Shown here: positions 10,101 through 20,617 of the stretch, one piece after another
Layout of the letters: each line of letters begins with the position of its first letter
Numbering within the stretch: the first letter of the stretch is position 1
NCBI GenBank assembly: GCA_027593235.1
Contig: JAQCIU010000011.1
Coordinates: forward strand, 1-64,000
Reading direction: 5' to 3'
DNA: 64,000 nt
From: Chloroflexota bacterium
GTDB taxonomy: Bacteria; Chloroflexota; Dehalococcoidia; UBA2979
Notes under the pieces: model-generated
What the model was told of the DNA's origin: nothing
Seen by the model: the letters and a program-made list of their open reading frames with translations, nothing else
The model's database searches: none
Translations under genes and position numbers: made by a program

Positions 10101-10719
10101 TGATGCCGCCCTCGTTGACGAGGTCGTCCTGGACGGACTGGATGAAGCAGGCGTGCGGCTGCGGGCGGGCGTAGGCGCTGCTGGAGCGGGTCATGGCGCC
10201 GCTGTCCGGGTCGACGTAGGAGTGGCCCTGCGCGGGGCCCTCGATGCCGTAGGCCCAGTGAAGGCCGGTGTTGAACCACTGCGGCGAGTTCGGCGCGGTG
10301 CGCTGGGTCGCCATCATGTAGGCGAGTTCGTCGTAGAAGGCGCGCGCGTCCTCTTCGGTGTCGAAGTAGCCGTAGCGCTGGCCCCAGTAGGTCCAGGTGC
10401 CGGCGAGGCGGTGGAAGGCCTGGCGCGCGTCACGCTCGCCGGTCATCGCGCTGCCCTCGGCGGGTACGGACGCCTGCAGCCATTCCGGGACGCCGTCTTC
10501 GGCGATGCGGCGGGTCTCGACGGGGACGCCGGCCTTACGGAAGTACTTCTGGGTCATGATGTCGGTCGCGACCTGCGAGAACTGGGCCGGCATCTGGATG
10601 TCGGCGGCCTCGAAGACAACGGAGCCGTCAGGGTTGACGATCTTGGAGGTTCGGGACTCGAAGGGAACGCCTTCGAAGGGGTCGGTTCCGGCGGTGGTGA
10701 AGCGGCGAGAGATGCGCAT
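7108..10719 (-). CDS. nrdJ: Vitamin B12-dependent (class II) ribonucleotide reductase
   Basis: [51 protein letters not shown] motifs and C-terminal CPECG...[11 protein letters not shown]. Confidence 0.97.
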   Translation of the reverse strand: MRISRRFTTAGTDPFEGVPFESRTSKIVNPDGSVVFEAADIQMPAQFSQVATDIMTQKYFRKAGVPVETRRIAEDGVPEWLQASVPAEGSAMTGERDARQAFHRLAGTWTYWGQRYGYFDTEEDARAFYDELAYMMATQRTAPNSPQWFNTGLHWAYGIEGPAQGHSYVDPDSGAMTRSSSAYARPQPHACFIQSVQDDLVNEGGIMDLWTREARIFKYGSGTGSNFSSIRGESEGLSGGGKSSGLMSFLKIGDRAAGAIKSGGTTRRAAKMVIVNADHPDVEDFIDWKVKEEQKVAAMVAGSRLIRRHLSDVLEASAEGLDARENRALRKAVNRSRRDGVPEAFIQRVLQLVAQGEQEIDFTEFDTDWQGEAYVTVAGQNSNNSVRVTAEFMDAVNEDGDWDLIRRTDGNVHKTIRARDLWNRIGSAAWQSADPGLQFDTTINEWHTAPAGGRINGSNPCSEYMFLDDTACNLASINLLAFTNLETGEFDLEGYRHAIRLWTIVLEISVLMAQYPSEIIAQLSYEYRTLGLGYANLGTLLMLEGIPYDSPEALAWTGALTAILTGESYATSAEMAGELGAFPRFDENREAMLRVIRNHRRATYNAPAADYEDLTVLPLGISETFCPPELLQASRISWDRALALGEQHGFRNAQTTLIAPTGTIGLLMDCDTTGVEPDFALVKFKKLAGGGYFRIINESVPTALRRLGYSRGQADDIVAYAVGTQHLEGSPVINRVSLAERGFTRPVLDALDTALSTAFHISFVFNRYQLGDDFCINALGLSEDQLNAPGFDMLRAIGFSRDQIEAANDHILGRMTTEGAPHLREEHYAVFDCANKCGKYGTRYIDAMAHVRIMAAAQPFISGAISKTINMPQHATIEEVKAVYAAAATSMVKALALYRDGSKLSQPLASSAFDDFDEYDEEAEAVAEVQEHPAVIAAERMLQELQRGKRERLPSRRSGYSQKAKVGGHTIYIHTGEFAPENGDAPRLGEIFIDTAKDGAAFRSLMNCFAIAVSMGLQYGVPLEKFVDTFVFTKFEPNGLVTGHDRIQFSSSIIDYIFRELAVTYLDRDELAHLGPVNLATDPSADDDVPVDVGAQGTPATPAPSTNGRSASATATAAVAKQPAPTAAGATRQLGAGLPATDFTVKATTTTTTVVAERQTISLEQARQSGFEGDPCPECGQLMMVRNGTCLKCMACGTTTGCS

Positions 10720-10867
10720 GGAGGGTCGTCCATTTCAGCCGCAGGCGTGGGAGCGGGCGGCGCTGGTGAGGCCATGCAGGCGGGGTACTGGGGAGCACCC
10801 GCGAGCCCGAAATTAGGCCTAACAATTGTGTACCCGCGTTAGCGCATTTGGCGTTGCGGGGAGGAGA

Positions 10868-10896
10868 ATCATGGCTAAAGGGACAGGGGATGTCAA
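10868..10896 (-). promoter_or_regulatory. Sigma70-type promoter of nrdJ
   Basis: Minus strand TTGACA (10896-10891), 17-nt spacer, CATGAT (10873-10868). Confidence 0.6.
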
Positions 10897-10936
10897 GGCT
10901 TCGGTATAGAGGTGTACTTACGTAAACAGTACTAGT

Positions 10937-10952
10937 GTTCTATGTCTTGTCA
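10937..10952. promoter_or_regulatory. Possible NrdR box
   Basis: gttCtAtgTcTtGtca resembles acaCwAtATaTwGtgt, in the AT-rich region upstream of nrdJ; no clear second box. Confidence 0.35.
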
Positions 10953-11024
10953 CGAGGCGCAGCGAGGCCTGAAACAGGGGTCTCGACCGTCTTTCGCCGG
11001 TGTTTCGGGCTGCGAGGATGATCG

Positions 11025-12350
<1,326 letters not shown>

Positions 12351-12399
12351 TTCGGAAACACTGTAGCCGTTGGTTCGGATCGCGGCCCCGAGCGCGGCG

Positions 12400-13212
12400 C
12401 TAGAAGGCGCCCCAAGCGGTGCGCGCGGCGACGAGGATCAGCCCGAGGGCGAGCGCGTGCATCAGCGGACCCTCGCCGAGCGTGCGGCGGAGGCGGTGTC
12501 CCAGCGGGTTGGCGAGGAGGACGCCGACGCCGAGTAGTGGGACGTCGCGGAGCGGCTCGCCGGCGTGGCCGAGTGAGATCTGGAAGGCGACCACGGCGGC
12601 GGAGTACAGGGCGGTGTTGAGCTGGATTGTGGGGACGGCGATGGCGTGTGGGATCCGCATGATGCGGGTCATGATTGGCACGCCGATGGGACCGCCGCCG
12701 ATGCCGGCGAGCGCTGACAGCGAGGCCATGCCGACGAGCGGGAGTGCGCTGCGGCGGACTGGGATGTGGTATTCGAAGGCGGCTCCGTCGCGGTCGACGA
12801 TTCGCCGCCGCCAGCCGGCCGCGGCGACCGGAGGTGGCGGGGCGGTGGGGAAGCGAATGATGTAGGCGGCGAGGGCGATCAGGAGCACGGCGAAGCCGAT
12901 CGCGAACACCTCGCGGGGGAGCGCGACCGTTCCGAGGGCGCCGACGATGCCAGCGGGAATGGCGATCGTGGCCATGAAGAGCGCGGCGCGGATGTCGACG
13001 CGGCCCTCCGGGATGGCGACGGCGGAGGCGGCGGTGCTGGTGATGAGGACGGCCGTGAGCGAGGCGGTGGTGATGAAGGCCGGATCGGCATCGGGGTGAC
13101 GGATCAGGAGCAGCGGGGCGATCAGGAAGCCACCGCCAGCGCCGATCGAGACGGAGTAAGCGCCGATACCGAAGCCGAGCGCGACGAGCAGCAGCATCTG
13201 GGAGACCAGCAT
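12400..13212 (-). CDS. TauE/SafE sulfite exporter family membrane protein
   Basis: Hydrophobic, with duplicated GAGGG / GIGGG..VP motifs. Confidence 0.85.
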   Translation of the reverse strand: MLVSQMLLLVALGFGIGAYSVSIGAGGGFLIAPLLLIRHPDADPAFITTASLTAVLITSTAASAVAIPEGRVDIRAALFMATIAIPAGIVGALGTVALPREVFAIGFAVLLIALAAYIIRFPTAPPPPVAAAGWRRRIVDRDGAAFEYHIPVRRSALPLVGMASLSALAGIGGGPIGVPIMTRIMRIPHAIAVPTIQLNTALYSAAVVAFQISLGHAGEPLRDVPLLGVGVLLANPLGHRLRRTLGEGPLMHALALGLILVAARTAWGAF

Positions 13213-13273
13213 CGACAGAGACTAGACGAGCCGGTCGCTATGTTCCTTAACCGCCTTGCCGCCGCAGGCGATG

Positions 13274-14635
13274 CTAGGGCGCGGTGCGGAGGAGTTCGTC
13301 GGAGTAGGTGGTGCCGACGAGGCCCTTCGCGATGAGGGCTTCGTACTCCTCGCGCGTGTAGCCGAGCAGGTTGAGGTAGATGTCCTCGTTGTCCTGGCCC
13401 AGGTTGGGCGGGGGGCGGCGGATGTAGTTGGGGGTGCCGGCCATCCTGAAGAGGATGCCGGGGTGGCGGTGCGTTCCGACGCCGGGCTGGGTGACTTCCT
13501 CGAACCAGCCGCGTGCCTCGAGTTGCGCGGAGGCGAGGGCGTCCAGTTCGTCCATCACCGGGCCGGCGATGACGCCCTGCGCCTGCAGCGCGTGGAACAG
13601 CTCGAACTTGTCCCAGGGGGCGGTGTGCTCGGCGATCGCGACATCGAGGGCGCGCCGGTGCTCGAGGCGGGCGGCGTTCGTGGCGAAGCGCTCGTCCTCG
13701 TGCAGCGTGGTCTTGAGGACGGCGTTCAGGGCGGTGAACTCTTCGTCGTTGAAGACGTCGATGGCGATCCACTGATCGTCGCCAGAGCTGGGGTAGATGC
13801 CGTGAGGGGCGTGGGTGGCGTGGCGGTTGCCCTGCGCCGGAGCGACGCGGCCGTTGTAGGTGTAGTCGAGGATCCACTCACCGAGGACGGGGAGGAACGC
13901 TTCGGCGAGCGGCATTTCGATCTGCTGGCCCTGGCCGGTGCGATCGCGATGGCGGAGCGCGGCGGTGACGGCGAAGGCGCCGAGGATGCCGGCGATGGCG
14001 TCCGCGGTGAACGCGTCGCCGGTGTATTCGGGCCCGAGGTCCTCGTAGGAGCGGAGGTGGTGGTGGCCGATCATGCCTTCAACGTGGGTGCCGAAGCCGC
14101 GGAAGTTCTTGTAGGGACCGTCCAGGCCGAAGGCGGGCATCCGCAACATAATCAGGTTCGGATTGACGGCGCGCAGCTCCTCGTACGTGATGTGGGCGCG
14201 TTCGATCGTCTCGGGGACGTTGTTCTCGACGAGGACGTCGCATTCGGCGATCAGGCGGAGGAAGGCTTCGTGGCCTTCCGGCGAGGTGATGTCGCAGGTC
14301 ATCGACCGCTTGTTGCGCGCGTGGGCGTTGAAGGCGGATCCACGGTTCCAAGGATCGAGCCCGGGATCGAGGTCGGGCGTGAGCGAGAAGGTGACGCCGG
14401 CCTTCGCGGAGAGGAGCTGCACCTCCGGCGACTGTCGCTGCAGGCTGAGGCGGGAGTAGGGCTGGACGCGATTCATCGGTTCGACGCGGATGACCTCGGC
14501 GCCCCACTCGGCGAGGAGTTGGGTGACGTGCGGGCCCGCCCAGACGACGGTGACGGCGGCGACGCGGACGCCCTCGAGTGGGAGGCGGTGCGCGTTGTCG
14601 CCATCGAGGGGAAGGCCGCGGGGGTTTGTGGTCAT
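13274..14635 (-). CDS. CoA-transferase family III (CaiB/BaiF)
   Basis: PLEGVRV...WAGP, GAEVIRVE, RNKRS, DVLVENN, PPNLGQDN motifs. Confidence 0.9.
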   Translation of the reverse strand: MTTNPRGLPLDGDNAHRLPLEGVRVAAVTVVWAGPHVTQLLAEWGAEVIRVEPMNRVQPYSRLSLQRQSPEVQLLSAKAGVTFSLTPDLDPGLDPWNRGSAFNAHARNKRSMTCDITSPEGHEAFLRLIAECDVLVENNVPETIERAHITYEELRAVNPNLIMLRMPAFGLDGPYKNFRGFGTHVEGMIGHHHLRSYEDLGPEYTGDAFTADAIAGILGAFAVTAALRHRDRTGQGQQIEMPLAEAFLPVLGEWILDYTYNGRVAPAQGNRHATHAPHGIYPSSGDDQWIAIDVFNDEEFTALNAVLKTTLHEDERFATNAARLEHRRALDVAIAEHTAPWDKFELFHALQAQGVIAGPVMDELDALASAQLEARGWFEEVTQPGVGTHRHPGILFRMAGTPNYIRRPPPNLGQDNEDIYLNLLGYTREEYEALIAKGLVGTTYSDELLRTAP

Positions 14636-15864
14636 GCGGGGACCTCGGTGGATGCGCCGATCACGCCGCTGCCCTGGAGCGCCTCGAAGTCGGCGGGATC
14701 GAGGCCAAGTTCGTCGACGAGGACGGTGCGGTTGTGCTGGCCGAGCAGCGGGGCGTGGTGGACGGGCGCGCGCGGCGTCTCGGAGAGGATGAGCTGGCGG
14801 CCGGCATGCTCGGCCGGGCCGGCGACGGGGTGATCGATGGTGTCCCAGACGCCGCGGCTTCGGTAGTGGGGGTCGGTAAGGAGGTCGCCGGTGTCGTAGA
14901 CGGCGCCACCGAGGGCGCCGATCGCCTGCGTTTCCATGACGACCTGTTGCTTGGTGCGCTGGAGCAGCCACGTCAGGTATGAGGCTTCCACCTCGTCGAT
15001 GAAATCTTGTGGCATCTGCGGCGGTGGCAGTTTGGATTCCGCGCGGTCGTTGAGATCCGGGCGTTCGATCAGCGTCAAGAACTTCCCGAAGTAGCGTGGC
15101 GAGTGTCCGAGGATGTTGACGTAGCCGTCCGCGGCGGGGCGGACACCTCGGGCGATGATCGATCCGCCGCCCTGGCGCTTCGCGGGGTATCCGGCGTAGG
15201 CGGCGCCCATCAGGGAGGGCGTACGGCGGTCACGGAAGCCGGACTGCGTCTCGTAGATGGCGAGGTCGACGCGGTCGCCGGCGCCGCCGGCTTCGACGCG
15301 GAGGCGTGCGATCATCACGCTGAAGGCGGCGCCAATCCCGGCGTGGACGTGCGCGACGTAGCCCCCGCTCTTGACCGGCTCGCGATCGGGGGTGCCGTTG
15401 ATGTGCAGCGGGCCACCCATCGCCTGCAGGGTGAGTTCTGAGGCGCGGTAGTTCCGCCACGGGCCGGTGAGGCCGAACGGTGTGATGGAGGCCATGACGA
15501 GGTCATCGCGACCGGCGGAGAGCGCGTCCCAGCCGATCCCGAGTTGGTCGAGCGCGTCCGGGCCGCGGTCGTCGATGACGATATCCGACTGCGCGGCGAG
15601 GCGGCGGACGAGGTCCTGGCCACCCGCGGATTCCAGATCGAGCGTGACGCCGCGCTTGTTGGCGTTGAGGTGGAGGAAGAGCAGCGATTTCTCGAGGTGA
15701 ACATCGTCGCCGACGAACGGGCCTTCGCGGCGGAGGCGGCCGCCATCGATCTCTTCGATGCGGGTGACCGTGGCACCGTAGTCGGCGAGGACGCGGGCGC
15801 AGTAAGAGCCGGCGACCCAGTCGCTGAGATCGAGCACGCGGATGCCATCGAGCAGGGAAGCCAG
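14632..15864 (-). CDS. CoA-transferase family III (CaiB/BaiF), partner of the downstream gene
   Basis: LDGIRVLDL, HLNANKRGVTLDL, SITPFGLTGP, APLLGQHN. Start placed at CTG after GAGGAG (uncertain). Overlaps the next gene by 4 bp. Confidence 0.88.
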   Translation of the reverse strand: MASLLDGIRVLDLSDWVAGSYCARVLADYGATVTRIEEIDGGRLRREGPFVGDDVHLEKSLLFLHLNANKRGVTLDLESAGGQDLVRRLAAQSDIVIDDRGPDALDQLGIGWDALSAGRDDLVMASITPFGLTGPWRNYRASELTLQAMGGPLHINGTPDREPVKSGGYVAHVHAGIGAAFSVMIARLRVEAGGAGDRVDLAIYETQSGFRDRRTPSLMGAAYAGYPAKRQGGGSIIARGVRPAADGYVNILGHSPRYFGKFLTLIERPDLNDRAESKLPPPQMPQDFIDEVEASYLTWLLQRTKQQVVMETQAIGALGGAVYDTGDLLTDPHYRSRGVWDTIDHPVAGPAEHAGRQLILSETPRAPVHHAPLLGQHNRTVLVDELGLDPADFEALQGSGVIGASTEVPA

Positions 15865-15996
15865 GGGGAGCTCCTCACAGCAGGGACTGGCCGGCGGGTT
15901 TCGGCGATTGCCATCACGTATGTGCCAGCGGCAGCACGATAGCACGTGATTCCGGAGCGGGTCGGTCGGCGCCAGCCGACGGTGAGGGTGTGTGCG

Positions 15997-16071
15997 TGGT
16001 ACCCCCGCCAGGATTCGAACCTGGGCTCACGGCTTAGGAGGCCGCTGCTCTTTCCCCTGAGCTACGAGGGC
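15997..16071 (-). tRNA. tRNA-Arg(CCT)
   Basis: Minus strand GCCCTCGTAGCTCAGGGGAAAGAGCAGCGGCCT-CCT-AAGCCGTGAGCCCAGGTTCGAATCCTGGCGGGGGTACCA: cloverleaf, TTCGAA T-loop, encoded CCA. Confidence 0.95.
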
Positions 16072-16127
16072 GCGATCCCCATGATATGGGCCGTCCTCGT
16101 CTGGTCTTCCCCCGGGTTCCCCCCGTG

Positions 16128-16733
16128 TCAGTCGGGATCTGGCTGTGTGGCTCGAAGGTGGGCGAGGAGGGCGCGCCCACGGGGTGACAGCTCGTACCCG
16201 GTTTCGAGGCTGATGGTGAGGCCGAGCGCCTTGAGCTTGCGGACGTTGGCCTTGAAGGGCGGCGTCTCAACGCCAATCGCCGCGGCGAGCTGGTGCGAGA
16301 CGGTGCCGGGACGGGCTTCGATCTGGCCGAGGACGGCGGCGGTCCACGGCCGCGCGCCGCGGTTGTCCATCTTTGCGAGGCGCACGGCGATCGCGGCGAG
16401 TTCGGTCGCCTCGAGGTTGGCGTCGGCGGCGAGGGCGACACGCGGATCGGCGATCTGGCCGATGTAGTGGAAGTCGACGCGGTAGAGCGAGGTATCGGGC
16501 CGCGCCGGGAGGGCGGCGAGCAACGCGGGGAGCGAGGCGAAGCCGGAGCGGTGGGCATCCTCGCGGGTCAGATCGGCCTCGGTGATTGGCGCGACGGCGT
16601 CGACCTCGATGCTGCCGGCGGAGGCGAGACGGTAGCGCCCACCAACGCGGGCCTGCGGGCGACGCCAGCGGCGGATCGTGCGGGTGATTTCGCCGCGAGC
16701 GATGGGGGCGTGGGACGCGTGGCTGAAGAGCAT
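16128..16733 (-). CDS. ASCH/PUA-like domain protein with C-terminal winged helix
   Basis: IARGEITRTIRRW...DAHRSGF; FKANVRKLKALGLTISLETGYELSPRG. Confidence 0.75.
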   Translation of the reverse strand: MLFSHASHAPIARGEITRTIRRWRRPQARVGGRYRLASAGSIEVDAVAPITEADLTREDAHRSGFASLPALLAALPARPDTSLYRVDFHYIGQIADPRVALAADANLEATELAAIAVRLAKMDNRGARPWTAAVLGQIEARPGTVSHQLAAAIGVETPPFKANVRKLKALGLTISLETGYELSPRGRALLAHLRATQPDPD

Positions 16734-16819
16734 CGAGCGGAGTCTAGATCAACGGTTGGTGCGGACGCCGCATGGGTCGATCGATGTGCCCGCGCGGCGG
16801 TATTCAGCGCGGCCGGGGA

Positions 16820-18898
16820 TCAGGCGGCGTCGACCGGTCGTTTCTTGGCGTCGTCGGTCGGGCTCTCGTCGAGGTCCCCGTCGGCGAGCTGGCCGGCTGC
16901 TTGCTGATCCTCGTCATTGCTTGCGAAGGGGAGCGGATCGGTGTGCAGCGGTTCGTCGGCTGTCTCCGCGTGAGCGTCGTCGTCGCCCGGCGAACGGGTG
17001 AGGCGGAGTGGCCCGGCGGGGCGGTGGGTCTGCTTGTCGACGGTGCCGTTTGCGCTGATTGGCGCCTGTTCGGCGTCTCCCAGGCTGGCGGCGCTGGGGA
17101 GGACGGGCACCTCGATCGGTTCGACGGCCTCTTCGGCGAGCTGTTCATCGACGTGTGACTTGAGGAAGGTGTCGGCGGGGAGCGGTTCGCCGACCGCCTC
17201 GAAGGCGCAGACGAGCGAGACCTGGAGGTGCTGTGCGGCCTCACCGCGGGCGTGTCGCGCGGTGACGGGGAGCCGCAGCTCCTGGGCGGCTTCGACGGCG
17301 TCGGTGAGGAGTTCGCGGGCCTCGGTGCCGCTACCGGCAGCGCCGAAGTCGATGGTGACGCTGGAGACGCCGAGGCGTTGGAGGTCTTGCGGCGAGGTCA
17401 TGCCGTAGTCATCGAGGTGGACGCCGATACCCATGCTGCGGAGGTTGCGGATGAAGGCAGAGGCGGTGTTGGGATCCTGCTGGGCGTGCGGTTCGGCGAT
17501 CGAGACCTTGAGGCGGTCGATCGCGAGGTTGGCGCTGGAGAGGCCGCGGTCGATGGCGGCGAGTGGTTCTGATTCGACGATCTGTTCGAGGGTGATCGGG
17601 ACGACGAGCTGCGCGGAGGGGAAGCGCGGATCCACTTTCTCCTTCAGGAATTTGCAGCTCTCTTCGATCACGAATTCAAGGAGGGCGGCTCCGAGTTCTG
17701 GGTGATCCTGCGTGGCGACGTGGACGTCGCGCGCTGCCATCAGGCCGCGTTGCGGGTGCTGCCAGAAGAGGTGTGCCTCGATGGCGCTGAGGGCATGGGC
17801 ATCCAGATCGATGATCGGGACGTAGCGGACGCGGAGTTGGTTGCGTTCGAAGGCTGTGGCCAGTTCGCCCGCGATGCGCGAGCGCCAGCGGGGCGCGGCG
17901 GGAGCGGGTTCGAAGACGTCACGGCGCGCGCGTTGGGCGCCGCTGGAGACGCTGCGACGCATGGAGGTCGCGCGGTCACCGAGGGAGCCGAAGCCGTCGG
18001 CTGCGGCGGGCGCGCGCTCGCGGACGGTGTCCACGACCTCGCGGGCGCGTTCGAGCGCGGCGTCGACGAAGCGGCCGGCAACGTCATCGATACGTTCGAG
18101 CGCGGGCCGGGAGCGTTCGAGGAGATCGGCGCGCCGGGGCGCGGTGCGAATCCAGCCGGCGATGACCAGTGCGCGGACGCGACGGTAGCGTTGATCGACG
18201 GCCCTGACGGCGGCGGCGAAGGTCTGCGATCCAGTGATCGCGAGCGCCCAGGCGGCGAGCGCCCGGCGGCGCACGGAGAGGTAGGAGCGGCGCGGCGCGA
18301 TGGCGACGGTGGTCCACCAGCGGAAGAGGCGTCGCGCGCCACGGGGGGCGGTGCGGACCGCCCAGAGGCGGCTGCGTTGTTCGAGGGGGGCGGCGATCAG
18401 GCCGACGATGAGGGCGGTGAGTGCGAAGCCGAGCGGAATGCCGCGGCTGATCATCACGTCACGGGGCGGCCAGGGCAGGGCGGCGATGCGGTTTCGCAGC
18501 TCGTCCATCGGTGATGGTTTGAGTGGCGGCGGGAGCTTGCCCTGCGGGTAGAGTTCCGGCCAGCGTTCCGCCGGTGCGATGGCGAATGGATCAACGAACG
18601 CGGTCTGCTGGCCCGGGATCACGAGGACCTGACCAACCTCGATGAGGGCGGGGTTGGCGATGTTGTTCGCGGCGACGAGCTCCTCGAGTGTGACGTCGAA
18701 GCTGCGCGCGATCTCGGACAGGAAGTCGCCGGGGAGGACCACGTAGGTGAGTGGCGCCTCGATGGTGTCCGGGGTGGCCTCAGGGGCGGCGGCGGTGGTC
18801 GATCGCGGGGCGCGCGCAGTCCCCCGGTCCGTGCACGCGACTCCCGTCACGAACAGCAGGCCACAAAGGACGGTGAACTTCCATGCGATCTGTCTCAT
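16820..18898 (-). CDS. Lipoprotein-signal / LysM / TM / degenerate EAL domain protein
   Basis: Lipobox GVAC; LysM YVVLPGDFLSEIA...ANNIANPALIEVGQVLVIP; hydrophobic helix; EAL-like YVPIIDL..IEAHLFWQHP, LRSMGIGVHLDDYG. Confidence 0.8.
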   Translation of the reverse strand: MRQIAWKFTVLCGLLFVTGVACTDRGTARAPRSTTAAAPEATPDTIEAPLTYVVLPGDFLSEIARSFDVTLEELVAANNIANPALIEVGQVLVIPGQQTAFVDPFAIAPAERWPELYPQGKLPPPLKPSPMDELRNRIAALPWPPRDVMISRGIPLGFALTALIVGLIAAPLEQRSRLWAVRTAPRGARRLFRWWTTVAIAPRRSYLSVRRRALAAWALAITGSQTFAAAVRAVDQRYRRVRALVIAGWIRTAPRRADLLERSRPALERIDDVAGRFVDAALERAREVVDTVRERAPAAADGFGSLGDRATSMRRSVSSGAQRARRDVFEPAPAAPRWRSRIAGELATAFERNQLRVRYVPIIDLDAHALSAIEAHLFWQHPQRGLMAARDVHVATQDHPELGAALLEFVIEESCKFLKEKVDPRFPSAQLVVPITLEQIVESEPLAAIDRGLSSANLAIDRLKVSIAEPHAQQDPNTASAFIRNLRSMGIGVHLDDYGMTSPQDLQRLGVSSVTIDFGAAGSGTEARELLTDAVEAAQELRLPVTARHARGEAAQHLQVSLVCAFEAVGEPLPADTFLKSHVDEQLAEEAVEPIEVPVLPSAASLGDAEQAPISANGTVDKQTHRPAGPLRLTRSPGDDDAHAETADEPLHTDPLPFASNDEDQQAAGQLADGDLDESPTDDAKKRPVDAA

Positions 18899-18910
18899 GT
18901 GATCGCATAA

Positions 18911-18938
18911 TCATCGGCCGCCGCAGGCGACTTCGTTA
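18911..18938 (-). promoter_or_regulatory. Possible sigma28 (FliA/WhiG) promoter
   Basis: Minus strand TAAC-N16-GCCGATGA, 12 nt before the ATG; consensus is TAAA-N15/16-GCCGATAA. Confidence 0.45.
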
Positions 18939-19017
18939 CCTGACGGAATCGAAGGCGCCCGTCAGCCTGCGGGGAGGCATGGCGGTCAGATCGTGCCGAT
19001 CCCGGGAGTTTGGGGTG

Positions 19018-19785
19018 CTAGCGAGGACGGATCGACGTGATTCGGTCGGGCGCGGGTGGTGCCGCCTCCAGTTGTTCGATCAGCGGATCGATTAACGGCC
19101 CGATCGCGTCCACGGCCTTGCGGACGCTTTCGCTCCAGAATTTACGGATCGGCAGCAGCGCGTCCGCGTGGAAGCGGTGCTCGCGCATCTGGTAGCTGTT
19201 GTTGAGGTAGAGGACGGTATCCAGGGGCGGATCGACGTCGGACGCGCTGGTGACGGTGGCATCGAAGGCGAGGATGCCGTTGCGGAGGGCGTTGCTGAGC
19301 GGCTGGTCGTGACTCCACACGCGATCGAGGATCGGCTTGCCGTAGCGCGACTCGCCGATGATGACGTAGGGGGTCCCGGTGCGGACCTCGATCCAGTTGC
19401 CTTCCGGGTAGAGCAGGTAGAGGTGCGGCTCGCTGTCAGCTTCGAGCTGGCCGCCGATGATGCAGTGGAGATCGAAGGAAAGGCCGCCCTCGATGAGCCA
19501 GCGGCTGTCCTCCTCGCGAACGCGGCGAATCTCCGCGGCGAGTGCGTTCACGGCCTCGTACATCTTGGTCTGGCCAGACTCTTCCCGATCGAGGCGTTCC
19601 TCGAAGTAGGTGATGGCCTTGTCGCGGATCGAGCGGAGTCCGCTGGTGAGAATGAACATGGAGTGGTGATCACCCTGGTGGACGGTGATCTTCTTGGCCA
19701 TCGAGGCCTCGGTGCCGCTGGTGATACGGGTATCGGCGATCGCGAGCAGGCCGTCTTCGCACTTCATACCGAGACAAAAGGTCAT
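19018..19785 (-). CDS. Proteasome-type NTN peptidase (Anbu)
   Basis: M-T-FCLG N-terminal Thr nucleophile, DTRIT, YPEGNWIE, IGESRYGKPILDR. Confidence 0.9.
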   Translation of the reverse strand: MTFCLGMKCEDGLLAIADTRITSGTEASMAKKITVHQGDHHSMFILTSGLRSIRDKAITYFEERLDREESGQTKMYEAVNALAAEIRRVREEDSRWLIEGGLSFDLHCIIGGQLEADSEPHLYLLYPEGNWIEVRTGTPYVIIGESRYGKPILDRVWSHDQPLSNALRNGILAFDATVTSASDVDPPLDTVLYLNNSYQMREHRFHADALLPIRKFWSESVRKAVDAIGPLIDPLIEQLEAAPPAPDRITSIRPR

Positions 19786-19799
19786 GGGTGTTGGGTGTC

Positions 19800-20615
19800 C
19801 TACTGCTGTTGAGCGCGGTTGGAGTGGACGCGGAGCGTGGTGTGCCACTCCTCGGTAGCGACGCCGGCGAATGTACCGCGGATTGGCGGCACGTCATCGT
19901 AGTCGCGCCCAACGGCGGTCACGACATAACGTTCATCCTGTGAGGCATTGTTCGCGGGATCGAACCCGTACCAACGGTCGTTGGCGTGGATTTGGACCCA
20001 GGCGTGCGAAGCCTGCGAGGATTCGGCGCCCTCGTGGGGGGCGAGATAGCCGCTGACGTAGCGGGCGGGGATCCCGCGCGCGCGGAGGGCGGCGAGCATG
20101 AGGTGGCTGAAGTCCTGACAGACGCCACGGAGGTCACGCGCTGTGGTCGCGACGTTGGTGCTGCCGACCTCGAAGACGAAGCGCTCGCTGATGAGCTGGC
20201 AGAGTGCCCAGCCGGCCGCGAGCGGATCGGCGGCGGTGACGTCTGCGTCATCGGCGATCGCGACGATGGCGGGGTCGTGGGGGGCGCGTTCGGTCGCGGA
20301 GAGATAGAGGTGGCGGAGGAGCGGGCTGACGGCGTCGGTGGCGTTGGTGCCATCGGCGGTGGGCGGGGCGGTGTTGACCCGCGCGTGAATGGCTACGGAG
20401 AAGTGGTCGATTTCCTCGAGGAAGTCGACGTGGTGGTAGGTGTTCCCGAGCATGTCGCGGAGCGGGCTGGGCGTCGCGGTGGGCGTGAGGGTGATGGTGC
20501 CTTCGCGGAGCCGCTGGCCGAAGCCGTTGGCGGGAAGGACGCGCAGCTCTGTGTGGAGCAGGCGCACTGGCACCGAGTAGCGGTAGGTGGACTCCCAATC
20601 GATGGATACTCGCAT
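19800..20615 (-). CDS. Transglutaminase-like protein
   Basis: GVCQDFSH, ARYVSGY, SHAW, FDPAN, GRDYDDVPP motifs. Confidence 0.92.
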   Translation of the reverse strand: MRVSIDWESTYRYSVPVRLLHTELRVLPANGFGQRLREGTITLTPTATPSPLRDMLGNTYHHVDFLEEIDHFSVAIHARVNTAPPTADGTNATDAVSPLLRHLYLSATERAPHDPAIVAIADDADVTAADPLAAGWALCQLISERFVFEVGSTNVATTARDLRGVCQDFSHLMLAALRARGIPARYVSGYLAPHEGAESSQASHAWVQIHANDRWYGFDPANNASQDERYVVTAVGRDYDDVPPIRGTFAGVATEEWHTTLRVHSNRAQQQ

Positions 20616-20617
20616 GG

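Noticed and set aside
7108-10719. Intein or intron in the long RNR
   Set aside because: No C/S...HN splice motifs or LAGLIDADG blocks seen; the length fits the long NrdJ type.
8923-10842. 639-aa ORF antisense to nrdJ, and many similar long antisense ORFs
   Set aside because: Shadow frames expected in high-GC DNA opposite well-conserved genes; no motifs.
15997-16130. tRNA-Arg as a possible integration site
   Set aside because: No integrase, no duplicated tRNA 3' end and no compositional shift nearby.
20120-20150. Transglutaminase seems about 4 residues short before GVCQD
   Set aside because: In frame with the catalytic triad intact; cannot be distinguished from normal variation without an alignment.
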